Below, one piece after another: positions 33,137 through 48,082 of a stretch of 64,000 bases of DNA (position 1 is its first letter; each line of letters starts with the position of its first letter). The notes below the pieces were generated by a model. That model was not told the DNA's origin. It saw only the letters and a program-made list of their open reading frames with translations, and did no database searches. The translations under genes were made by a program, and so were the position numbers. Origin of the DNA: Auanema rhodensis (lineage: Eukaryota > Animalia > Nematoda); assembly GCA_964057225.1 (NCBI GenBank), contig OZ059897.1:15376001-15440000 (forward strand), read 5' to 3'.

Positions 33137-36100
33137 TCTAAAATTAACAACATAAAATTAAAAAATTCACAATTATAAATACACAAATCAACTCGGACAA
33201 AGCTTTGAATCAATTTAAAGGCCTACAGAATGGCATTAGCAATAGAGCATGGTTATAGCCTTCCCTAAATTATTTACATGTTAGAGACAGAATAGACCAT
33301 AAGAATGTGGGTTTAAATGAGAATAAAAAGCTTTTAAATATTACATTATTGAAAATTATTTTATATCAAAGTAAGAAACATGATAGTGCTAGCTTTGTAT
33401 ATTTCAGTTCGCTAATTGAGTATCCCTTTTATTATTTATACTCTTGAAACTTCAGTTGATTTTTAACCAGAAAAAATATGACTTCTTTAAAACAATTTCT
33501 TGGATTATTTAAAAATTTCCCGAATATCTTGCTGATATTTTAACATTGATAGAAAGGAAATTTTTCGGTTTTCGACTTAAAGTTCTTCGCCAATTCTCAT
33601 TAATTCGAATTGTTGCACTAATTATCACAATGCCAATAAAAAATAGCTGTCGTTGTTTCCTTTTAAAATAGAAGTTGAAGTTTATGATGATATGAAAATC
33701 AACATGATGCTAGGTTCCGGATGTGATTTACATCCAAGTGACAGAAAATTGTATGACGGCAGTTTCATGTGGAGAATGTGTCTATATCAAGCTTTACAGA
33801 AATTGAGATAGAACCAAACAGAGTGAGAATTTAGTGAAAGACTATTATAATATCCACAGAATATCTCGATTTTCAATGATATTTCATTCAATCCTGTAAA
33901 TGTCTGTTAAGCTCCCCTATCTTCTAGCAAATGAACCGGTTATCTTTATCCATCCGTTTTCATTTAACGCTTTTACTCCTTTATCTTCTCGCTATCTCGT
34001 TTCTTTCTTTCTCTTTATATCTTCTAATTTTCTGTGTTAACATACCTTTATTTCTCTTCAAGATAAACCTTTTCTCCCTTTCTCTAATCACCTATACCAT
34101 GTGCGAACCAGCAAAAGAAATGATCCTTCAGTTGACCCCATCATACAAATTAATTTCAAAAAAAAAAAAAAAAAATTGGAATTGTGTCTAACTATCACAT
34201 TTTCTTCAAATAGAAATTTATGCAAATTTGATTGAATTGTGCAATACCGAATCTATTTGAAATATGCATCATTAATTTTTTTTATTTCAGAAAACTTTCC
34301 TTGTAACTTCATTATTTTTTCCCAATATAGGTTTTGAACTATTTCCTGTTTGTGTTTTCAACAATTTTCAGATTAAGGTTCTTGTTCAAAATCATTACTT
34401 TGGTTTTTTTCCTATTCAATCGTATTTTTATCGAACAAAAGAATTATATAAACATTTAAAATGGTATAGATTTTGTGAAAATACTTGAAATATTCTTCAT
34501 TACATTACATGAAGCTTGGTCCTTTTGTACTTTTAATTTGTTACAAATCGAAACAAATTATTTTGTATAGAGAAATGTGTCATTCAGACATCTCTCACAG
34601 TGATTGTGGTCAGCACGTCGAGGTTAACCTACACAACCCAATATATCCAAAGATTTCAGTGCGCCTTTCTCGTTCTTAGGTCATAGTTCTTTTCATTGAG
34701 ACTGTTCCATTTCATTTGATTATCCCACCCATCTTTTCTAGCGTTCTGTCTCTTTCTCTTCGATTGTCCATATTCTCACTTTATCCTGTTATCTTCAAAG
34801 GAAATCCTCGAATTTTCTCTTTTCATTTCTCTATGTCTCTCTTCTACACTAGTCGACAGGAAAAGTGATGACGATAGATACATGGTATGCCCATTTCAGT
34901 ACTTCTTGGACCGTTTGCCGTTAATACTCTTCTCCTTCTCTCTCTTCCTACCTCCCCTCCAACCCTCTTTTCCTTCTTTCTTTCTCTTTCTCTCTCTCTC
35001 CAAATTTGACAACTTTCTCTTTACCGTTCTCTATTTCTTCGTCATCGGAAGAGCCCGTTTTCTCTTCGTTGTTTCACTCAATCTATTACGGTTTTTCGTT
35101 CCCATTTCACTTTTTCTTTCTTCTTTTCATCCTAAATACTCAGAAAGTGAAGAACTTCTAACCGCAAGTGGGTAGAGCGATACCCAGAAATCCTGTACGG
35201 TGTTGCTTTCACTCCATCTAACGACGCTCTGACCTGAACTCTCAAACTTTTTTGTTCTTTGACTATCTTCGGAAGAATTTTAATTTCTTAATTTTCAGAA
35301 GCTCGACGTTTTCATTTTTCTCTGAACTAACTACTGCTATATTTGTACATCCAGGTGAGCTATTCCGTCTGACAATTAAGATATAATCATAACATATCTA
35401 GTTTTTTGTATTTTAAAGCTTTTTGAGAATTTTTATTGCATGAAATCTGAAATTTTATTGCCGTTTAAATAACTGGTAGATTTCAAGTGCTCGTAGTACT
35501 TAGACGAAATCTCATGTTAGATCCCCAAAGAGAATGACGACATTCCAAGCATGTTAAGTAAGGTGCTGTCGTAGATTTTCATCTTATGAATTACTCAGTT
35601 AGCCACTTATAATAAAAGAAAATTCTTTTAATTTCTTTTTTTGGACCACCATATGTATGGCACCTGCACGTTCCATGAACGTATTGACATTCAGATATCG
35701 ATCTATTCTTCCTTGAATTTTCTTTTGAAAAGCCTCCATGCATCTTGTTAAATCCTGCTATTAGAAAACTTTCTCCTTTCATTAAATAAGATTAACAGGA
35801 CTTGTATTCTCTTCCTCATTTTTTTATAAAATCGCATGGTCAAGTTTTCAACCATTAGTTTGAAACCATATCGATCAAATTAGGATAGTCAGTCATCTTA
35901 TTTTCTTTAATATAATCATTCCTTTCAATTTAAATGATGAAAAACCGATACATTACATGAGTATGGGTTATTGACTTATTTTATTTTAAAGTTTTTAACT
36001 ATTATAATAAGTAAAAATATGGTAGTTAATTCGAAATTCGTAGACTTTCCTCTTTCCGCAATGATCACTATTAGACAAAATATCTCAGATTTCATCAAGT

Positions 36101-37724
36101 TTTCACACTTTTCAAAGAATATTGGCATGCCTATTTGTAAAAATTTCGATATTAATTTACCTTATTCAGAATTATATTTTCAAATAATATCAGGAAGAAG
36201 TCGAATATTGGTTTATCAAACCGATAAAAGGACGAAATGTGTCAAATCTGACCCGATTAGTCATATCTTTCATTGCATATTAGATCACTTCATGAAGATG
36301 TTTTGGATAACTACACATCTATTATAATCAACTGCATAGTTTTAACTTTAAAAAAAATTAAATTAAATTCTGATGTTATACCATTTATCCCTATCTTTCA
36401 TATCCTTACCGAATAGTTTATAGCATAATACACAGTGCATTGAATCTTTATTGTCGTCTTCTAACACATTTCTAATAATAGTTATCCCCACTTTAACACT
36501 TTTTTTTGAAATTCATATCCGGTTAGAAGTTTTCGTGTAAATCACCTCATCAATGTTTTAAAAAAATAGCTTGTATAGATTGTAGTTTATGTGTATATCT
36601 TTATAGAATATTATCTCTTATTTATATTTATCTTTGTTTCACTTATTTTATCTTGTTTTTATTATAATATTCGATTTAAAACTTATATATTTCTACAACA
36701 AAAAGTTGGATGTTCCTTCGTTTTGCTGCTTTCTTCATCATTTTATTATTATGTCCACTTTTTACAAACGTGAGATGCTGGCAAAAGCCAATAATGCCCA
36801 ACAGATTCATATTTCCTCTTATTTCTTCAGTGTTTCTATCTCTATGTTTCATATCTATAATACGCCTAACCTGTTTTCATATTAGCCATCCAAGCAGCCA
36901 CCAGCCGCTGGTCAAGTTTCATTCCAATGACGATTTGCATATTTAGCTATTTCCTTGCTAATACATTTGAAGTCTTTAACATTCAACAACTCATATATTC
37001 ACGATGTTGATATATCTGTTCAGCAATTTTCAGTTCATGTTCATTTGCATACCACTGTTATCTCACGTTGACGCCCACTTCTACCGTAACCTTATTCATG
37101 AAAAATAATCCAGTAAAAACGGTTGTGTTTCGGAAATGCGCTACTTTCGTTTTTTAAAAATTTTTTTTTACAATTTTTATTTTTTTATATCTTACAGCAT
37201 ATCTTGTTAATCTTTTCATTAATATCTTTCGTTTTCCCTCTTTCTCAACATACACAACTCTCATTTCTCACAACCACTACCAGCCCCCCCCCTTTTTCAT
37301 CCTTTTGAAATGTCGTCAGCAAGCCGCTGACGCCAAATCCACCAAGCAATCAATCGTTTGCCTGTTCCAGATGATAGACGTCGTAAGATCTTGTTGCTTG
37401 TCGTTCATTCATGTTCATTCACTTCTATATCATATTCTTCTATTTTTTTTCCATCATCAGTATTTCTCCCCTCCCAGCTTTACCATAACTTCACTATCAT
37501 CCACATGAAGAACCATCACATCCCTTCTCTTTAAACCATTCATGTTCTCAACAAGCTTACAATAACTTTCCTTGTCGGACATTCGAAATAATCTTTAGTA
37601 ATCAAATTATTATCTTATGCTATATATATATATATATATATATATACTATATACTATATATTATTTTATTTTTATATATTTTTAAAGAGAAATATAGTTT
37701 TACAGGAAAGCTTATCCTCGTTTC

Positions 37725-40700
37725 ATGGAACGGCTATGTGTATTTGTAGAACAAAAGACACACGACTTGTTCTATTGGATTGGACTCCAAATAGCTGACT
37801 ATCCAAAAACTTTCTTCTTTCTCTGGTAATTATTTGATTTTCATATATTATCATTTACATTTAGATATTATAATTAAATTAACTAATATGAAAGATGTTA
37901 TCTTCTTTCATTTTTCTTTGATTCAGAACATGTTCATAGTTTCATCTTTGTATATATATATATATATATGAGGGTCAAGTACAAATCTTTTCGTTTTGTG
38001 CAGTTACCTATAAATGCGCCATGGGGTGGGGGGGGATGAGAGGAAGAAGGCAATAATCATAGGTGAGGCTTCAACAAGAGAGAATCCAAGAGAATATTGG
38101 AAAAAGAATAGGAGAGGGGGGCATAAAGAAAAAGAATGAGGCCCTGCGTGAGAGGTAGAAATCATTAAGACATTTTTATATCGTTTTGATAGATGCTATT
38201 GTGCTCTAAACTACGAATCAATTGACCTATATGTGAATACTGTGAAACATGTATTTCTCTTCATCACTTCCTTTTTATATTCTTCATCACATGTTTCTCT
38301 TTCCGGTCAATTGTAACTTCTTTTCTACTTCAAGTATAAGGTTTTAATTTAAGTAAGAGAGATGTGACTCGAGGTAATAATAGGGTATAATCTATATATA
38401 GATGAAGAATTTTCCCATTTTCTCCATTTTTATTTATTGAATTGTCTAAAGAAAGTGTAGATCAAAATTTGACGTTGAATATTTTTCTTTTATAGTTTAT
38501 TGACGAGATCTGATTTCGTAACTTTTGACATGAACTTCAAGCGACGATTCAAGATCTCAAGCAAAAAATAGAAGGATAATCTGTCATATGTGTGAAGAGA
38601 AGACCGCTTTTTTCTTGCATATTCTGACCTAAAATTTTGAATAACCTTGTTAATTCTTTTTGAACCCATCTAAGCTGTTACCCCATACTGTGCTTTCAAA
38701 AAGAAAAAAAGCTTTGCTAAGATATTGAGAAGAAGAAGGAAAAAGAGAATTTTCCAGACGTATGAGAAACTGTGGAAAGGAAATAGAGTGTTAGAGATTC
38801 ATGGATAAGAGTGAGTGGGAAAGTTCAAGATCTAGACAGAATATAAGTAAAATTTAGAGAAAGTGTCTATATCACAGATTCGAAAAGAGAATAAGAGGAA
38901 CAAAATATGAAGAGAATCAGGAACAGAGAATTCATCTTTTTTCAGTTAAGCAGGGAAAACGTGGTGTTGTTCGAGAGATGTAAATATTGTATAGAGAACG
39001 ATGATGATTCCCAAAGAGAAATCTTGATTTCTGGGCGAACTTTCTTGTTCTCTGCCCATAAATGACTTGGCTATTGCTAGCCTGTTCATCTGCAAGTGGT
39101 GTCGCGAAAGCAGTGACAAACCTCTCCATGAACGATCGTAACAGCGTAAATCTACATGAATTCCGTCAGAAACAAAGAGACAAATGAGAATGAAGGAGAG
39201 AATAAGCTTGACGATGTTTGATGAAGATCACGAACCAGTGAAATATCTGTACATATCGATGGAACAAACGATCGGGCCTAATCTCATCTAGACAGTCTCT
39301 TATTCTTAGGAATTCTATCACATTCGTCTTGTGTTCATCACATCATCCACTAGTTCATCTATCGCATATTCTCTTTCATTTGTTTGAGATTCATACTGAC
39401 GTCTTAGTTTGCCTGACCAGGCTGCAAGTTTGCTACCGGTCCACTATATAACCGAATTTGGAAGCGAGAGTGCAACGGAAGCTCGTCCGCCATTTATCAG
39501 ATATAGCAAAGATGAAATCCAGTGTGGTAGACTAGAGATGGTCAGAGGCATAACGAGGGGTGTGGACAGAATTGACGATAATGCATGAACGTATCAGGAG
39601 GAAGTCCTGTTGATTTTATTCATTATTCCAAGGTCGTACGGATGGGTTGAACTAACTAAACGTTGACCGTCAATTCTTACGCTGTGGGCAACAGCTGAAT
39701 CAAGCACGACACATCTGATTAGCCATCCGAATCTTCACATCAACCCTGTGATTTGATGCAAAATAATTCAAATTATGGGTGAAGACATATAGAAATATAG
39801 AAGTCTTGTCGATCGAACAGATAACACAATACAGAAAAAGTGCTGAAAGATGTGAAGAAAAGTATTCTAATACAAGAGAAAGTAATAACATTTGGCACAG
39901 TAATGTATGCATAAGACTAGTTGTCCTACTATTTTTTTTATTAATAAAAGGCTTGTCTTCTGATTTACATCACCCAAAAAAAGAAATATTTGGAGAAAAA
40001 AGCTGGAAGGAAAACAAAGTTTTGATGAAAGAAAAACCGGCTGATGAAACAGTTCGACAAACGATGTTATAGCTTTATTTGGGAATGAAAGTGATGACTT
40101 GATGTCTGTACACATATGAATGTATATCCTTGGAAAAAAAGTTATTTTCTATTATAAATATACTTTAATAATATAAGATTTTGAGTTTTCTATTCAAGTT
40201 CATAAATGATATTGATAGAAAATTTAGTTGAAACAGTATTCGCCAATAAATGAATTTTGTAGAAATAGTATGATAGAAGCTTTTGGATAAGGATGAATCT
40301 GTAAAATATATTTTATTAAAATCTTTTATTACGAAATTATATTCTGAAAAATAAATTAAAATGATTTTCAGTGTAACATGGGCACTTATAATGGGTGGAG
40401 GAGTTGTGCGATTCAAAGAAGTTAATAATGTTCGAGATCACTTCAGGTATTTTATTGAAAATTCACAATATATTTGAAAATATTTAATTTTAGTGCGACT
40501 GATTCTCCGTCTCGATATGAGTATGCTGTGGCTCGAGAGTTTTTCCAAGAACTTGGAAGTCCTTTTCATGTTGTTGTTGCTATGAAATCTGCTGATGAAG
40601 GAAATATTTTAAGGCCAGAGTAAGTAATATAGATGAATGAATGAAATTGTAATTTTCAATTTGCAGATATATTGATAAAGCTCTTGAAATTGAAGATTTT

Positions 40701-43700
40701 CTTCAATATAAACTCAAAGTTGAGCATGAAGGAAATTATTATTCATATTCTGATTTTTGTGGAACTCAATGTGAAACATCTGATGCGGTTCGTAAACCTT
40801 TAAAACTTGTTTTTCATAAATATGTTCTTACAGGTCAACATCTTTCTGACTATGTTCAGAGATCAACAAAGAAAAAAAACAAATCATGTTAAATTGACTT
40901 ATCCTTCTATGGATGTATTCGGACATCGTGTCTATTTAGCTAATAACATCTTTCTAGTCGGACTTAACAACAGGTTTTCATTTTTGGCTTTTTTGAACAT
41001 TTAAATTTCAGTTCCTTAATATTTGAAGTTCTTTGGAAATTTAATTAACATTTAATCCATTTATCTTATTAACTTTATAAATATTTATGTTTAAATTTCA
41101 GTTTTATTATTTTATTTTAATTCTTTTAGATCACAAATTATTGAAGAATCTCGTTTGTTAGCTATTAACTTTCATGCTATTTATAATAATGAAAGTTCTG
41201 TTGCTATTATGAGAAAATGGGAAAAAGCTGTTTTCAACTATAGTTTGAGCACTAATAATGATGATCTTATCAGAGTGTATTGTACATCTGAAGGACTTGT
41301 CTCTGAAGAAGTTCGTCGTACAGGTACAACAATTCTTCTCCAACATTCTAGAAACATCATTTTATCTTTTTAGGAATTCTGGCTATGCCTCTTATGGGAG
41401 TAACATTCTTAATTATTCTTGTATTCACTGTTGTTACAACTATTAAACGTAATCCCGTCAAAAGTAAACCAATGGAATCTATTTTGGGAGTTATCTGTCC
41501 AATTCTATCACTTGTTGCCTCATTTGGACACTTGTTCTGGGTAAGTTTTCTCTCATCTTGTCCCGAACTTAATCGTTTACAATTTGAACAAGAGAAAGTT
41601 CAAAATGTTTTATTAACAATTGTCTAAAATTGCGAATTTCATTAAAGAAAAGGAAAATCTTTTTTTCAGATGGGATTTGAGTATTTACCTATTGTTACTG
41701 TTGTTCCTTTCTTAATTTTGGCCATTGGTGTTGATGATGTATTCATTTTCATCCATGCTTGGCATAGAACAAGTGATAAGTATGTCAACATTATCTGAAA
41801 CGTATCATATTTACCTTAATCTCAATCAGGAACACCGTTCGTGATCGTATGGCTGAAACTCTGGCAGATGCTGGGCCATCTATCTCTATCACTTCCTTAA
41901 CAAACCTTTTATCATTCGGAATTGGAGTTTTCACTCCAACACCAGCTATTTACGTAAGAAGTTTATAACTATACATGTGTTCATTTAATTTATTTAAGAC
42001 TTTCTGCGTTTTCATCTCAGTTGCTGTTGTTTATGATTATATATATCAAATTTTCTTCTTTTCTGCCGTTTTGGTACTTGGTGGACAGCGTGAAGCTCAA
42101 AACAAAAATGCTTATTTCTGGTGGATTATTGAAAAACCAGAAGATCCAGTAAGATCTAGCATTGAAATATTTAATATACATATTTATAATTAAGAATAAG
42201 AAAAGATCGCCATCAGTTATAGAACAAAAGTTTGGGCAACTTGCTTCTGTTGCTTTGGATAAATGGGTTAAGTTCAGTATGTGGAAGTTCAGTAGATACT
42301 TTATTGGAGCTATTGTTCTAACATATTGGGCTATTATGCTTCATGGAGTTATGCAGATTAAGGTATATCATAGGGAAGTATGAATTAATGAATGATATAT
42401 TCAGGTTGGTTTATCTTCTGAAAAATTATTTTTGGAAGATTCACCATTATTGGACTTAGTGCGTATTCAAACCAATGTCATTTTCAAAGAAGGTGGACAG
42501 GTATCAATTACAATTTAATTATTTATTATTATTATTAACATAATTAAGGTTGCTATATTCGTAAATAATCCTGGTAATGTTTCTGAACCAGAGAAAATCC
42601 CAGAACTTATGAGAATAGTACAACGATTTGAAACTGCTAACAATAGTGTTGGAGCTGCAAGTACCCATAATTGGCTTTTACCATATTTGCCATTCGTTGG
42701 AGAAAAAGAGCATGGAAGCATTGATTTCAAATATAGATATCTTCCTGAATTCTTTAAATTACAAGAATATCGTAAATGGAGTCATTTTGTAAATCTTGGA
42801 AATCCTCAGTAAGATCTCATGTTTCTTTACATTTTTATTTACTTTTTCATATATTTTCAGAGATTGTTTATCTGAACGTCCATCATGTCTTCATAAATTC
42901 GTTTTTACAACTGGATTCCACAATGCTGTATCCTGGAGTGATCGTTTAAGTTTATTGGAAAGGTATTTCTATCTGTTTTTCTATTTTTAATTTATAAACA
43001 AATCTTTTTTTTAGATGGAGAGATATTGCTAGTGAATATAATCATTTGAATTTAACAATATATGAAGATTTCTCTATGTATTCTGATCAGGTAAAATCTT
43101 TTTTTCTTTAATTTCTCATATAATTAATATAATTTTTCTTTTTTTTAGTTATTAAGTATTGTTCCTGTTACACAGCAAACTGTTCTTTTTGCTTTAATGT
43201 GTATGATTATTGTTTTGATGCTGTTTACTCCTTCACTTGTTACAATCATAACTTCAACTGTTGCTATCTTATCTATCAATTTAGGTAATTATATATAAAT
43301 ATATAAGTTTATAATTTATTTATATAATTTAAAGGAGTTTTTGGATGTCTTGTTTATATGGATGTTGATTTGGATCCTATTTCTATGACTACTTTACTTA
43401 TGGCTATCGGTTTCTCTGTCGATTTTGTTGCTCACGTTACATGGCATTACTACAAGGGAGAATTTGCTGTAATACATTAATTTTTAGTACTTTATTGTAT
43501 TTTTTTTGTTTTTCAGAATCAAGAAGAACGTATTCGTCATGCTTTAGCTTCTATTGCTTGGCCTATGGTTCAAGCTGGTACATCAACAATGATGTCCATT
43601 ACCGTATTAGCACTTGTACATGCTTACATGGTTCAAGTCTTCGTAAAGGTAAAAAACTCAAATACTGTAAAACTTATCTCTTATGCCCTCTTATTCAGGT

Positions 43701-43914
43701 TGTTGTACTTGTAATCTTCCTCGGCATGTGTCATGGTCTCGTTGTTTTACCAGTTGTATTTGCTGCTTTACCGTTCTCGAAGCCATCTGCTGGTGGACAT
43801 GGCCATGGACATGGTCATGGTAAGCAAGTGCACGATGCTGAAAAGCATGGAATTCCAATTGCTTTGGAAGAGAAGAAATCGTCAGCACAGCATCGTCAAT
43901 CATCACAAGCTTAA
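37725..43914 (+). CDS. Patched-related (PTR) RND/sterol-sensing-domain membrane protein; probable non-coding first exon ending at ~35354
   Basis: [65 protein letters not shown]. The exact ptr paralog was not determined. Confidence 0.95.
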
Positions 43915-44507
43915 TAATTAACAATTTCTTTAGAGAATTTCATATAATTATACATATATATACATTTATATATAATTATTTCAAAAGAAATTAGGATAAT
44001 CGATTCATATCTACATATGCTTTTCAAAAAAAACGTTATGTATAACGTTTCTTAACATTTCAAATGTTTGTTTTCATATCATTTTTTGCCCAATTTGTCA
44101 AAGTTTATTTAAACCAAGTTAATTTCTATCTCTAAACATCTTAACTTACTCTAAATTCCTCTTCTGTTTAAAGGAATCTCAGATGCAATTTGACTTTCCG
44201 GTGATATCCTTTAACGAACTGCTATTGCCATATTTTGCTATCTATTATAAAACAAATAGTTTATATATTATACTTACATATATTGACTAGGCAATAATTT
44301 CGTCTAATTATATTCTTATAACTATATCTTATCAATTTATTATTATTATTATTTTATATATTTGAAAATGCTGTACGAATTTTCAATTCGCTCTACTTCG
44401 CGCGGGTTTACATATTTTTTATGAAATAGTCTCATATACTATTTTATATTTTAAAAAAATATTAAAAAATAAAAAATTCATTATTAAACTGTTTTATTTT
44501 CTGTTGT

Positions 44508-45846
44508 TCAATAACTAAGGAACATTCTTCCTGTACATTTCATACCATAATGTGTTATCAATGTACCCCACATATCCTTCATTGAATTCTTATTTGCTCC
44601 TTAATAGATTAAATCTAAAAGATATATATTTGATTCAGAAAACCTTTAGTACAATCAGGTGATTCTCCTATAGCACAAGTATCTGTAGAGGTAGATAATC
44701 CCAAAAATGTCTTTTTCGTATGAGTTGCTTGCTTAAAATTGTTTTTTTTTCTTTTTTTGAATTGAAATATTCAACAAACACAGCAATGGAACCAACAATC
44801 TGTTCCTTGTGAAGCTTGAGCTTTCTTTGTTCGATCGCATGATGTAGCAGGAACTGTCTAAACTTTTTTCATTTCTTTCTAATTTTTAAAATTTAAAATA
44901 CCGTGAAATAGTCTTCAACCCAGTTTGATCTTACAGCCACACTGCACGATTTATCAACATTTGCAGCAAAGTCCTAAACTATTAGAAAATTAGAATATTA
45001 TATTTTATATTTTCTTTTAATTTTTCAGCAACTATACCATATTTCCACAACGAGGGCATCCGTATCCATAGTAAACTAGTTGTTCTGTTTTAAATAATTC
45101 ACGAAGTTTTAGTATAGTCATTTGAGCTATGCAACATCCCAGAGTATGTGAATGAACCTACATAGACAAAAATTGGAAATCAGAACAAAAATATCAAATA
45201 ATCCTACAACGATTATATGTTCACAGAATTCATTCCATAATTCAGTAATTGCTTCTTTAAAACCTGAATTCCAAAGAGCATTGAAAGCAATCATATGATC
45301 TGATCCAACTTCTCCATAACTTTCAAATGATGTTCTTGTCTGAATACCAAGAAATTTCAGAAATTAATTAAAGATATTACCATTTGAGTGATTGTGTTTA
45401 CTTCAGAATTTATATAATTATCAAGATTTGCAGGGCCTTTGAAGTTGAATCCAATAATTTTTTCATCTTTAGAATATGTAATCTTAATATTTAAAAGTTT
45501 TCATTTGAATACTTGAATCAAATATTTACGGTAACTTCACAAGGCCCTCGAAAAGGTGTATTACTACAGTCGGATGTATATCTTTAATTATAATAAACTC
45601 TTTTAACATATAATAAATATATTTTTTGTTACCTGGAATGGTAAGAATGTAGTGGAAAATGAGCTGGTACACATTGTTCAGGTGTTTGTGATATTGCTGC
45701 TATAAGGTAAATGAATCCCTATCATAAAATAAATTCATATTTATATAATTATATTGTTTTACCTTTTTGTCATATTGGGCAAATGTCCAATTAAACATTA
45801 AAATATTTAATAAAAATAAACAAAAAACATTTTTATTTAAATACAT
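44508..45846 (-). CDS. Secreted class-3 lipase-fold protein with degenerate catalytic motifs (pseudoenzyme)
   Basis: Signal peptide; AAISQTPEQC; IIGFNFKGP (vs AFRGT); VHSHTLGCCIA (vs GHSLG); YGYGCPRCGN (vs TFGxPRVGN); RSNWVEDYFTTVP. The frame is intact across about 9 exons. Confidence 0.75.
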
Positions 45847-46090
45847 TACTATAGCAATATTTTGATATTAAAACAAACAATGAGTGTAAAATATTAAATA
45901 ATACCCACGATTATAAACTGAAATGAGTACTTTTGCGATTATTTAAACAAAATTTCAAAAAACGGATATACTCTCTTTATGTTCTGTTCCGCATTATTTC
46001 AATTAATTTGTTATATCTCATTAAATATTGTTTTATAATATAAAATATTTAATTTATTATTATTATTAATATTTATTTTTCGATTTATTG

Positions 46091-47272
46091 TTAATTAATA
46101 TTTCCACCAATTCGTTTAAAACTTTTAGAAAAGTTCTTTTCAGAAGCCAATACTGGAGAATTAGTGATATATACATTTCTGAAAATATTAGATCTAATTT
46201 TTAAAAAAATGTGAGGGGGGGGGGGATTTTTACAGTACATACAAGCGATTTTCAAAATTTCACATAATAAAATAGTAAATGATGAACTATTTCTAGATTT
46301 ATATAATATGCTAATTACTTACTTGTTGACAAACATTTTATTAATAGGTTCAGTCTGAGCAAACTGTTTAACACTTGGAGCATTCCAACCTCCAATTTTC
46401 ATATAATTATCGAAATTTGGTGGAGTTTCTCCGGCACTCCCTTGGCCTGTTGTATCAGTATACCTAAAAAACAGAATATTGTATAGTTTAATATTAAAAA
46501 GACAAAAATACCAAAGAAGATCATTACGCAGTCCCTGTACATAAGAATTACCGGTAATGCTTGACCAATCTGTTAAACTTGTATAAAATCCAACTGATAC
46601 ATTAAAACTCTAAATATTAAATTATAATATTATAAATATAATTATAATTACATGAGCAGCTTTATAAAGATCTTCAATGAATAATTGATTATCAGATGTC
46701 TTCTTTGACCAAATACCAGATGATTTATCCACCTAAACTTAGATATTATAATAAACAAAAAAGTATTTTGTCTCACTTTAACCCATAAACTGGTGATGGG
46801 TAAGCCATTAAGAGTCAAAGTTTGGTAAACTTCTGAGAATTGTTGTGATCCAGATTTAGGTCCAGCTGCATTAGGACTCATAAATACTTCGACATTATGT
46901 CCAACTATAAGGAATAGTGAAAGTATATATTAATTATATGAAAATATACCAACAAAAGCATTTCTAATATTAGTAATTGAATTCGTATCAAAAGTACCAT
47001 CTTTTAAAGCTGAATAGACTCTAAATATCTTTTATGCTATATCATAATGTATATTCTGAAACCTTATGAATAACAAATCAAAACCGATATCCTTGAAGCC
47101 CTGCATCTGTGACACAGTAGCCGGGGTAATGAAATCGAGACCATAGTGGAACTGAAATTAAATTCTTCAGAATATGTTAACTTAACAGCTACAACTTTAC
47201 CAAATTACTGCTTGATATTGGAATAGATGTGACAAGGCCAAGGCACAAAAAAACAAAATGAAATAGAAACAT
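46091..47272 (-). CDS. Nematode protist-type (GH25-like) lysozyme, LYS family
   Basis: Signal peptide, YGLDF, FIRVY, EVFMSP, LWVKV, VGFYT..DW..ITG, LWY, NFDNY..IGGW..P.VKQF. Confidence 0.88.
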
Positions 47273-47499
47273 TGAATTGCGAAAATTTGATTCAAGAAGG
47301 TAAAATACTTTCAATTTTTTTATCAAATTTATAAAAGAACCTTTATATGCAAAGCTATGGGAAAATCGTTTCCGTTCAAGATAAGATAAAGAATGACGGT
47401 ATTTAGTATAAAAAATTATTATTTGTTTCTTTCCAAAATAAATATAATATAATAAATAATTGTAATAAATCAAACAGATTTAACTTTATTCATATGTTC

Positions 47500-48050
47500 T
47501 GATAAAATTCTCGTCGATTTACTTCTTGTGTGGAGAATCACATTACTTTATCCGGAAGGCCAGTATTCGAAAAAGTCAATAGGCTACAATCTAAAATCTA
47601 TGAACATGAACAATCATTTTATCTATTTCTTTCGCGAGTATACCTCACGTGTTTCCTGTCCATATTTGTCGAAATGAGATTTTAAATTTGATTTTAATCA
47701 GTTTTATTCAAAGAATCTGAATCTTCTTCCTTCAATTTCAAATAAACAATGTATTCTTTATTTGGTATTTTACAAAACTTTAGAAACATGAAAATGAATG
47801 TTTTAATTATTTTGATAATATTTTTAACAAATTGTTTATCTTAACTTTATTTATAAAAATATATTTTTATAAATTATAAAAATAAAAGTTATTTTATTTT
47901 AAAAAAATTATTTGATATGAATGATATAGAATTATAGTTTATTACTTATCAATCCAATAAATTGATAAGAAACTAAGTATTCTTGGTTGATTTGATTATT
48001 ATAAACTTTTTATGTTAAAAAATAACTTTATTTAAGTTATTGATTTATCA
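47500..48050. promoter_or_regulatory. TGATAA (ELT-2-type GATA) sites in the shared promoter of the lysozyme pair
   Basis: TGATAA at 47500-47505 and 47963-47968, TTATCA at 47946-47951. The AT-rich background lowers specificity. Confidence 0.4.
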
Positions 48051-48082
48051 AACTATTTTTAGATAAATAAGAAATAATACTA

